The notes under the pieces were generated by a model. The model searched no databases, was not told where the DNA came from, and worked only from the letters and a program-made list of their open reading frames with translations. A DNA stretch of 64,000 nt, from NCBI GenBank assembly GCA_951406725.2, contig OX597818.1, positions 73,780,001 to 73,844,000 of the forward strand. The letters run 5' to 3'. Below are positions 1 to 10,446 of the stretch, one piece after another. The position numbers and the translations under genes are program-made. Numbering within the stretch: position 1 is the stretch's first letter; each line of letters begins with the position of its first letter. The DNA is from Octopus vulgaris. Lineage: Eukaryota.

Positions 1-752
1 TATTTGTGTGTATATGTGTGCGTGTCGTCACGCTCCATGCTTTCGTATTCACACTTGGTGTTTGTACAATTTTTCCATAGTTACGCATGGTTTAGTGTAG
101 TCTTGAATCATGGTATATGTATAAACACGCGCGCGCGTAATTCGTTTATGTTTATGTGCGTGTGCTTTTATTTATAAACAAACTACACTTCTGTGTTTTA
201 TTGCATATACAAACATAAGTCTACATATTTCATGGAATTTATGTGGGCGTAAGTATTAGTATCTGGCATATCTATAAAACAAAAATATTACAATAGTTTC
301 CTAAGCTACTGACGAGAAGATATTGCACTGTTTGACAATTTTGTTGTTCAGAATTGCTTTTTCTTGTAAGGATCGTGCAATGATATTTGCTTAAAATATG
401 ATAAAAAACTAATAAAACAAAATGAGTTTTTAATGCGTTATTTCACTGACATCAAACATATTCTAGCGTGGAATAGGAAACAGTGTTTGTATTTGGAAAG
501 TAACTTTATTTAATATTTCAAATCTTAGAATGACTCACCATGGGTACATAGTTTGTGATATATATTTTTCTTTATTTGTTTCTAATACTTACTAGTCATT
601 GCGCAGTCCAAATTGCGCAGTTTAACATACAAACATAGACGATCATATAATATATACATACTGAAAAACCAACATCTATCACATCTATACGCGTGTGTTT
701 GTTGGTGTGTGTCTATATGTGTATGCATGTGAATATATATATATATATATAT

Positions 753-765
753 ATTATTATTATTA

Positions 766-826
<61 letters not shown>
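753..826. repeat. (ATT)n microsatellite following (AT)n
   Basis: Directly visible; explains the poly-N/poly-I ORFs at 582-980. Confidence 0.95.
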
Positions 827-828
<2 letters not shown>

Positions 829-1080
829 GTAAAAAATACAAACTGGAACAAGAACATAAAACATTTAGAAGAAGATACAAAAAACAATACAAAAAATCTA
901 ATGCTCGTAGCTTAGTTTTTCCTTGGGGCTGGCCGGATCGGAGCGATCTCAATATTAATCAGCCGAAATTGCAACGATGATCCGGTTCTTGACTGAAGAT
1001 TGAAGGCTTCGAATGTCCCGTCCGTTTTTTGTATCTTCTTCTAAATGTTTTACGTTCTTGTCCTAGTTTGTATTTTTTAC
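829..1080 (+). mobile_element. Fold-back repeat (about 57 bp arms), possible PLE-derived terminal repeat fragment
   Basis: 829-885 (gtaaaaaatacaaactggaacaagaacataaaacatttagaagaagatacaaaaaac) is the reverse complement of about 1024-1080 with a few mismatches. The spacer contains a weak CTGAAGA...GAATGTC hammerhead-like remnant. Confidence 0.55.
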
Positions 1081-2084
1081 AAATAATAAGATATATAGCG
1101 ACGCCCGTACCCTCTTTGGCCTTGTATGTAAGTACATATTCCTGTAAATTTGGTACGACTCTATAACACTGTCTCTCTCTCCTACATTTCTCTGCCTTTC
1201 ACACTTTGTGTGTATATGTGTGCGTGCCGGTCTCTCTCTTCTCCCCCTTGGTGCCTTCGTCCCTCTTTGATATCTCTCTCTCTCTCTCTCTCTCTCTACT
1301 TCTCATCCTCCTTTTCTCTTTTCTTGCCATGATTCTTTGGTCTCCTCTTCCCCCACTCTCTCACATTTCTCTGTCTTTCTCACTTTGCACCTCACTGATT
1401 CTGTCGCTAAGCCAATCCTTGGCACGCTCTCTTTCTTCTCCTCTCTTTAATTCCTTCTTTCTCTCTCTTCTCCCCCTTGGTGCCTTCGTCCCTCTTTTTC
1501 TCTCTCTCTCTTGATTCCTTTGCCCCTCACCCTTTTTTTCTCTCTCTCTTCTCTCATGTGACCGCTGGTCAACCAGCCTTTCGGTTTCTAACCAGCGCCA
1601 TGAGAACATCGTTGTCTTCATCTGCCGAAAAAGGCATTTTTTCCAAATACGCCACTAAAACTAGTTGTACTGTCTATAGTCGTAAGACACCCGCTGTTTT
1701 TGTCCTGTTATTACTATTATTGTTTTTTGTATTTATATTCGTGTGGCATCGTCCGTTTTTCTGTCCTTGTTTCGTATACATTCGATCCTTTTTCCAAGAA
1801 ATCTAACACTTGTGTGTATAAACATATATTACCCTCTTATCCTATCACTGTTACATTAATGAGGAAGAATAAATTAGAACTTTCTTATCACTACCACTAC
1901 ATCTGTAAAGGTAGTAATATAATTTCATGTAGTATTTAATGGGATGTATGGTATTGACGAAAAGCAATTGCTTCGAACTTGCTGCCAAATGTGAATAAAT
2001 GTTAAGGACTCGATGATGAAAGTAAAAATTTAAAGAAAGTGAATTTAATAAAATAAATCCGTTAAGATAAAACACTTTACTATC

Positions 2085-2320
2085 TTTTATTTTTTACTTG
2101 TTTCAGTCATCAGTCAGCGGATATGTTGAATCACTGCCAAGTATTTACGTGTTAAAGCCTAGAACCTATTTTACTGGTTTTCTTTGTTGAATCGCTACGT
2201 TTCTCGTACATAAACACAGCAACGACGGTGACTGGGATAAACACACACACACAAAGGAACACGCTATATATATATATACAGCAGGCTTCTTTTAGTTTTT
2301 ATCTACCGAAGACATTCACG
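2085..2320 (-). mobile_element. Degenerate SINE family B copy
   Basis: ttacttgtttcagtcat...acataaacac...gcttcttttagttt matches the other copies in this window (5500, 14356, 34020, 53762). Confidence 0.6.
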
Positions 2321-3099
2321 GCGTAATGAAAATGAATATTTATTTATATAATATAGGCACCGTTCTGTCAAGACTGCTCTTTCCATTCCACATGAGAAAA
2401 CGATGAAACATTTAATGGTTTCTATGTTTGTGTGTATGTGAGTTTATGTGTGTGCATATGACCGATTTCCACATAAAATTTGGGAGATAAAAAACGATAT
2501 CAAGAGATTCATATCACTATGAATAAATGTTGTATAACACATGTGTAGGCTTAAGTTTCCTACTTTGCATGATATTCAAGATTATATTTAGATATTCCAT
2601 CCATTTTTATACATGATGGTTTTAACACAAGAGAGAACCGAGATGAAGTAAAACTAATCTGAATTGATCTGTTATTTTATGGCATTAAACTGATATTCAT
2701 ACCTGTTCAAACCTAGCACAAAATGCCCAACAGGTTCTAAATTATAATAAAGTCTACGCTTTTATTTAAATTTTGTGAGTCTTTACATAAATACATACAT
2801 AACATATACATATATGTGTGTGTTTGCAAGAGTGTGTGCGCACGTGAGCGTGTATGTGTGTGTGCGCGTGTGTGTGTAAGTATATATGTATGTGTTGCTT
2901 AAAATCTGAAAATATATTCATGATTCATTTTACAAGATTGATCAATAAATTTGTATGAAGAGTTGTAAGTGTAAGTAATGGAAACGATGGAGCATTTAAA
3001 TGTTCTATTGCTTTTATACACACTATGTTTATCTTCAATTGAAACTGAAGCGAAGTAAAATGAATCGGAACTGAGTTGTTATGTCGTCACACCAGAATA

Positions 3100-3164
<65 letters not shown>

Positions 3165-4748
3165 TATTGTATGGGTGTTTGAGTGTGCATCTGTGAGTGC
3201 GAGTCTGTAAATGTGTGTGTCTGTGTGTGTACATGTGTTTGTGTGAGTGTATGAGTATGCTTGCATGCATGTCTTCCCGGCTGGTGTTTAAACAAAACAT
3301 TAACACCACCAGATTCAGCCACCACTTCGAAAGCATTTGTGAATAGGCACTTCTGATTCCGGAAAAAAATGGAGAAGCATATCCAACGTAAATTTCCAAT
3401 GAGTATCATTCAGCAATGATCTGGCTGCTTGGCTGGGCTTTGCTGTTCTGAATTTGTCGGGGGAGGCACTGTTATCCGTGCCAAAATATATTGTTATTCA
3501 TTGTGTTTGACACTGTAGAACCTAGGCATCCGCATCTGTTTGCTCTTCTTGAATATCATCGATTTAATTATTGCGTTACTGAATTTATATTACTTCTTTT
3601 CTTGAGACATTATTTGTCATTTAAGGCTGATGTGGTTGTTATCTCTAGCCTGTCGAGTAACCTTAAGTATATGATGCTCACTCGAATAAATGCTTTAAAT
3701 GCAGAACTTGGAATAGATACAGCCATGAATAATAGCATGAAACAGAAAAAGCCGAAGTTAAGACCGACAGTTTCAAAAATGCATAACGAAATTCGAAGAT
3801 TTGCTTTTGGTCAATGGAAGAACATCTATTATGCTTACAGAAAATGTGGTTTCTAGTCAGACGAGTAGCATTTGACTTATAGTAAAATGGATTTTAAACC
3901 AATATTTAAAAATATCATTTATAACATTATCTACCTTGATTTTCGCTGTTATAAGCCAATTATTTCAGGTCTCACGAAGTTGCTAAAATCTCAAGATATA
4001 AACAAATATCTGTTCTAATTTAGTGTGCACTATACGCATAAATCTACTCTGCGAAATGACCAGATCTGTGTTGGGAATATGGTTAGAGATTATGATTAGG
4101 ATTTCATTTAAGGTTAGACTGCGACATAGAGAGTGGACAGCCAGGTAACCTGCATGAAGAAATGGTACGCAACTATTAATATACAAGTTTGATTTCAATA
4201 TATCTCTCCAAATGAATGTAATGTTATTTCTGTTTCTAGACATTAGATATATAGATATATAGTTTGCTGTATTTTACATATTTCTATTTTTTCTATGCGC
4301 AGTTTCCACAAGTAATATAAGAGGTTCAGGAATTGAGACTGACATTGCAAGTCCAGCTGATGTATAATGTAGCTCTTATTGATTTTGTTTCTGCTTTATC
4401 ATGGGAATTATTTTTTGCGAAATGAATAATTTCCGGTATTTTTCCAATACTGGAAAAAAAATTTCCTTATATTTGTTTCTATAAAATTTGAAATAACGAA
4501 ATCATTAATTTTCAGAAATCACCACGAAGAATGGAAACACCATGGTATCCAAATTACAACTGAATTGTTAACGTTGACTCTTCTATTAACAAGAAATTAT
4601 GGAAATGGTCTAAACGGATCTCGATACAAACTTGAATATATCGAACAGATAATCCATCCCGTTATCTTTGCATTTAACAAAATATCAAGCAAAATATATG
4701 ATAAATGTGTTTTAAATTCACAAAATTTTAGTATTAGTGTGCAAATAA

Positions 4749-4953
4749 GGCCGGTGAGTTGACTGGTTTGTTAGCACGCCGGGCAAAATGCTTATCCGCA
4801 TTTCGTGCTTCTAAGTTCAAATTTTGCTGACGTCGAATTTGCCTTTCATCCTTTTGTGATCAATAAAATAAGTACCTGTTGAGCACTGATGTCGAGGTTA
4901 ATGGACTTATACTTTCTCAAGAAATTGCTGGCCTTGAGCCAAAATTTGAAAAC
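4749..4953 (+). mobile_element. tRNA-derived SINE family A
   Basis: ggccggtgagttgactgg...ttagcacgccgggcaaaatgctta...gttcaaatttt...tttgcctttcatcc...aagtacc...aaaatttgaaa, with A/B-box-like motifs; homologous copies at 7706, 23615, 29160 and 61700. Confidence 0.75.
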
Positions 4954-5499
4954 AATATTAGTATGCAAATAATTAGTATTTTCTATTAAGTATTTTTTTA
5001 AAATGTTTATTGTACACTCGCAAATACACACAAACACACGCATGGATATCAATCTGTCTATCTATCAATTTATGTATGTGCGTGAGTGTGTAATTTGATA
5101 ACACATTGTGTATTTGATTGTATGAGGTGCTTCTTGGTTACCCAATTAGCATGGCTTTCATTCTTCTATGACAGGGGTTGCGATATTTCCTATATTTCAT
5201 TGCAATGTGCATTGCGTGTTTTGATTTTCAAAACAGTCATACATCCCCAGCAAATGTGTGGAGAGGGCCGATTTAGTTTTGATAAGCGAGTGGACATGTG
5301 TGTAAAAAAGGTTTCTTATAATTGATGGTCGCAGTCCCAATGTAGTCACATGCAGTTGGGCTGGTAATGACATGACATCTGTAAAAAATGCTTTTCGCGG
5401 ATCAGTTTCCATTAAAAGGGCACGATCGCGTGTAGTTTTAGAAACGCAGTTATTTTTTGGGATGCGGGGATCGTCTAATAGTAGTTTTGAATATTCTTT

Positions 5500-5652
5500 T
5501 ATTCTTTTATTTGGAAGCACAGTCTTTAGCCGAGTAAATCGACCCCAGGACTCATTCTTTGTAAGCCTAGTACTTATTCTGTCTGTCCCTTTTGCCGAAC
5601 TGCTAGGTTACAGGGATGTAAACATACCAACATCAGTAGTCAAGCGACTGTC

Positions 5653-5683
<31 letters not shown>

Positions 5684-5775
5684 CGACAGGTTTCTTTTAG
5701 TTTCTGTCTACCACATCCATTCACAAGTCTCTGGTCGGCCCGAAGCTATAGTAGAAGACACTTGCCTAAGGTGCC
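5500..5775 (-). mobile_element. SINE family B copy
   Basis: aatcgaccccaggactcattctttgtaagcctagtacttattct...ggtcggcccgaagctatagtagaagacacttgcctaaggtgcca, shared with the other copies. Confidence 0.8.
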
Positions 5776-6149
5776 AGCTTGGTTTTTGATATTTCTTCCG
5801 AGTTAGCTGTAGAAATACATATAATAGACGTTAAGGAATGCCTGAATTTTAAACGGCTGGTTGATATCAGTTAAAAGATGTTCAGTAAGGGATTAAGGAG
5901 CGACGGGGGCACAGCATACTATGGTAGTGTCAGGAACATAATGACGTATCGGATGTACAGAATTTGTATTTTTTAATCTAAAATTACATTTCCAGCAATG
6001 GTATATACTAAGTTAGGAATTGTAGAGTACGTTTATATATAGGTAGATAAATATAGATATCGATATATATGCATACCAATAAATATAATTGAATATATAT
6101 ATATATGTGTGTGTGTGAGTATGTGTGTGTGTGTGTGTGTGTGATATTT

Positions 6150-6665
6150 TTAGATGAGCTTATAGCTTATGGCGGTCACCATGCAATGACTAACAAAATA
6201 GTCTAATAAAGCTCTCGACAGACAAAAAGAAGGATTTCCCGTGCGCGTCAAGCACTTATTCCTTAGTTAACGCGACTAAGTGTGCTGCCTTTACACTAGC
6301 GAATCAGACTTCTCCTTCCTGTCAAATCTAAGAACTATATATTAGTTCATATTTTGATTTTATGTAAAGAAATTTTCCATATGCTTCCGGTGCGAATGCT
6401 TTTTTATTGCGGCGCCGAGATTTACAATCCTGTAAATAACAATAATGGTTTTTTTTTTTATATAAGCTTAAAGCTTATGCCGATCACCGTGCAATGACTA
6501 AGGAAAATAGTCTAATAAAGGGGCATATAAGCCCTCGGCAAAAAAGAAGGCCTTCCCATCCACGTGAGAGTGGAACTCACATCCCTATGTTAACGCACGG
6601 AGTAATATATAGTTTATAAATTTGACGTGAAGGTGAGGGCTAATTCGCTGGTGTAAAGGTGACAC
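6150..6665 (-). mobile_element. Small tandem + inverted element containing a tRNA-like segment
   Basis: Direct repeat of about 308 bp period (agctta at 6157 and 6465); 6603-6665 is an inverted copy of about 6280-6345. The minus strand gives TAGTGTAAAGG (A-box-like) and GTGAG-TTCCACT-CTCAC (T-arm/B-box-like). Confidence 0.55.
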
Positions 6666-6700
6666 ATTTAGTCATGTTAACAAAGAGATGTATATATAGA

Positions 6701-6735
<35 letters not shown>

Positions 6736-7705
6736 GTATATATATATATGCATGTATGTATATATATGTGTGTCTGTGTTTATAGTTTATATATATATGT
6801 TTATGTGTGTTTGTGTCTATGTATGTGTTTATATATGAATATTTGAATGTACTTATATATATATGTGTAAGTATATACGCGTTTGCTCTTTCCATCATTA
6901 TTGTCTCCATGGTAAAAAAAAAGTCTATCTTTATTTTATTTGACATTTTTACTGAGCCCTCCTTAAAATTGCGATTGAATTACGAGAAGTAGTTACGGAA
7001 AATTTGTAAGTAAACAACACATAAATGTTTAATCGCCAATAAAACTCCAAACATTCTTTAGTCTCTTGACACAGTTAACCAGTTAACGTTTGTATGTGCT
7101 TCACGTGGTATATGCTCGTTAGTGTCTCTGCAAAATCAATATAAGTAAGAGTTTTTAAAATAAATTTTGTGCTTTTAAGTAAACTACAGCAATATAGAGT
7201 GATTTTAGAATTTACATTTGGAAATTATTTGTATTCATGGTAAAAATTCGAAAGATTTCATGCTTGCGTATAAAGGAAGCTAATAATACTTGAGGCGAAA
7301 AAAAAAACCCATCATTTCCTTTTTTTTTTATTACGCACTAGCGGAAGTGAATATATTCGATAATGTATTCCTGGGTTACCTGTATGAAATGTCTTGTGTC
7401 TGATAGCTATAATACCCTTTTGTTATAAGCGGGTTTCCTCAGATCTGATCGATGACTAAACAACTACAGCAGCTATTCATAAACGTATGATGTTTTTTCC
7501 CTTCACAAATTTTTAGTTTGTTAGAAAAGCGGAAATATTTCTGCAGTTGTTTCCTAATAATCTATTTTAACACTTTCTTCATTCATCTCGCCGTAATAAG
7601 AATATGACTATCATATCAGGAATATCAATATCATATCATTGTCATTATTTCAATATCAAAATCACATAATAGTTTTTATTTCATTTTTCAATACGTTTTA
7701 ATATT

Positions 7706-7905
7706 GTGACGCGCTAACAGAATCACCAGTACGCCGGGGAAAATACTTGCTTGCATTTCTCTGTCTTTACGTTCTGTGTTCAACTTCCGCCGCGGTCGAT
7801 ATCATATGTACCAGTTGAGCACGGGGGGGGGGGGCATATATAATGGACTTACACCTCTCTTCAGCCAAAATTTCAAACACCGAAATTGCTAACCGTGTGT
7901 CAAAA
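7706..7905 (+). mobile_element. SINE family A, degenerate
   Basis: cagaatcaccagtacgccggggaaatac...ttacgttctgtgttcaacttccgccgcggtcgat...gtaccagttgagcac. Confidence 0.65.
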
Positions 7906-8616
7906 TTCGCGAAGATCCTTGGTTTCTACCTTGGTAGAGAGAAATACATGGGAAATGCTGGAGTTGCTATGATTGATGTTCTTTCTCTGTGAATAAGCGT
8001 GATATGAAACCTGAGATCAAGTGATAATAGAAGACGTGAGTCAAAGATTTACGAAGTTTGATAAAGGCTGCAGGCTAGGGTAATCTCTCAAAGAGAAGCA
8101 TGTGTCTCTATCCACATTTCTCTATACCGTTGGATGAAACAATATGTCAGTATTTGAGGCCGAACGGAATATCTGTCTCGAAAACATAATCCTGGAACGA
8201 AATCAGAAGTAGTTTCCATTAACTTTGTTTCGAGTTCTCTCTCTCTTCTACATGAATCATTATTATTTGATAACTACTTAGGGTAACGTGTACATGCATT
8301 TTTATTTTACGTTTCGGCACATAACATCTAAGAAGCGGGAATTATACAGAAGTGGGCACAAGAAAGATGTAAAAGGAAGAGAGAAGGATAGAAAAAGATA
8401 GAGAGGGAAACAATGCGTGATACATAGGTAAAGAGAAAATGATTAAGAAAGAGGCTGAGAGTGAATGACAGAGAGCTTATAAATGGCGATCAGTCAAATG
8501 GGAAAATGATATAGATTGTCACCACTGATATGATGAGTATGGGTGTGAATGTGCGTGCGTACGCGTAAGTGGGTTCGTGTGTGTGTATGCATGTAATTAT
8601 ACAGACATACACACAC

Positions 8617-8680
<64 letters not shown>

Positions 8681-9368
8681 ACGTATGCGTGGTTGTATGT
8701 AATTTTACAGTATACATATACATATATATATAGATATATATACACACATATATATATATATGTGTGTGTGTATATGTGTATGTGTGTGTGAGAGAATGTG
8801 TGTGTGTGTCTGTGTGCGTAAAGACTTACACATACACGCGTACACAAACATAGTTTAAAGTGCATTACGATGTGGTCTGAAACCATAAACTTTCACCTAA
8901 TTTTTCTATCAGATATTTATAATATTCACATTATATACACATGGGAGCTAAATCAAAGTTTCAATGAACAGAACGAAACTAAAATATCTACATATATAAA
9001 TATGTTAACAAACAATAAAACGTGATTTGAAGTATGCAATTGAAAATAGTTAGTGGCAGCTTAGTCGATTGCACGTTACGGGATGTCACATCAACAAAGC
9101 GCAGATAATATATTCTGACAGCAGAACAAAATAACATTATAATTATTACTGCTAAATATCGCATTAAATGCTTATTATCATATAACATAATTGTCACATT
9201 TTATACATAATGGGAACATCTATCATATATATCACTAAGCGTTTGCAGACAAACGCGTATACATACACACGCACACACACACATACACACACTCATTTAT
9301 AATTACTATATATATCGTGATTTATCTATATATGTATTAGTATATATTGCTCTCTCTATCTCTCTGTT

Positions 9369-9417
<49 letters not shown>

Positions 9418-9467
9418 ATATATATATATATATATATATACTACCATAGGTAATAAATGCATGAATA

Positions 9468-9503
<36 letters not shown>

Positions 9504-9689
9504 ATATATATATATATAATATATATATATTGTGCGTAATATATTTGAGGACATATCTATATTTGATATATAACAGATAACATTTATCAAAAAATGCTAA
9601 GAGGGTAAAAATAACCCTTCTCTTCTATAATTTTATTCCATAAAGCCACCTTTAGGCTCATCAGCTGCTTCTATATGAGATCTAAATCA

Positions 9690-10195
9690 TATATATTCTC
9701 GAAGCAAGTGGTCCTGGTTCACATATAGCATTCCATTGCATACACTGTCTATCCAGGGCTTAACAATTATTTCCAGGACCTCTATGTAGGCGGCAGAGTG
9801 AAAAGAGGGAATGAGGCCTCATATGTCCTTCATAGCTGACAACCCCTAAAACAGTGAGAGTTGCAGGAAATTTTGTAAGCACAACACTTGGAACTTCAGA
9901 AAGGTCGGCACATAACCAACTGTCATGTTTTCTGTTAACACTTTGATCTTGACCTAGTGTTTCGCGATTGAGAAAAACCAAATCAAATCTTTTTCTGCTT
10001 GATTTTCCAGTTTGTTTAAAAGCCTTTTAGACCTGATGTAGTGATTATCTTCGTCTTTTTTGGTCATACTGACCTTTCCTCATTGTAGATGACTTATATC
10101 TGATGTCTCCGTGGAAAACATTTCTAACTGTTCCTTCTGACACATAGAGATCTTTCGCAATTGACCTCATGGATTTCTGGGGCTGCAATCAATGT
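9690..10195 (-). pseudogene. Tc1/mariner-superfamily transposase fragment
   Basis: Translations KSMRSIAKDLYVSEGTVR (HTH-like) and QDQSVNRKHDSWLC..SEVP.V..TKFPATLTVLGVVS.EGH resemble the DDE/D domain start of maT/Tc1-like transposases; frameshifted. Confidence 0.7.
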
Positions 10196-10446
10196 TCAGT
10201 TAAAATACATTGGCATCGAATTGGAACTTGACGTAGCGGTCTCCAGTTGAAGAAAGTTTGCTCTTTATGCCAATATTACTGTTGTGGTCCAGTCTTCAGC
10301 AAATATTGATCAGCATTGTCATTTTCTTATATTCTCAGAGGTTCACATCGTGATGTTCTCAGAGATATGGTAGTCCAGCTGATTAGGAGTAATATTACAG
10401 GCACACAGATACATACGCATGCATATATATATATATATATATATAT

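Noticed and set aside
1560-1700. Possible hammerhead remnant (ctgccga...ggc...gcc..taaaactagtt)
   Set aside because: Too many core substitutions and no clear stem I.
3300-3860. ORFs 3035-3409 and 3491-3856 as host exons or transposase
   Set aside because: No motif I can name and no clear splice pattern; needs BLASTX.
5086-5520. 107 aa minus-strand ORF
   Set aside because: No recognisable family, and it begins inside a SINE end.
9640-9672. Minus-strand CTGATGA-gcc...ggc hammerhead
   Set aside because: No GAAA or stem III follows.
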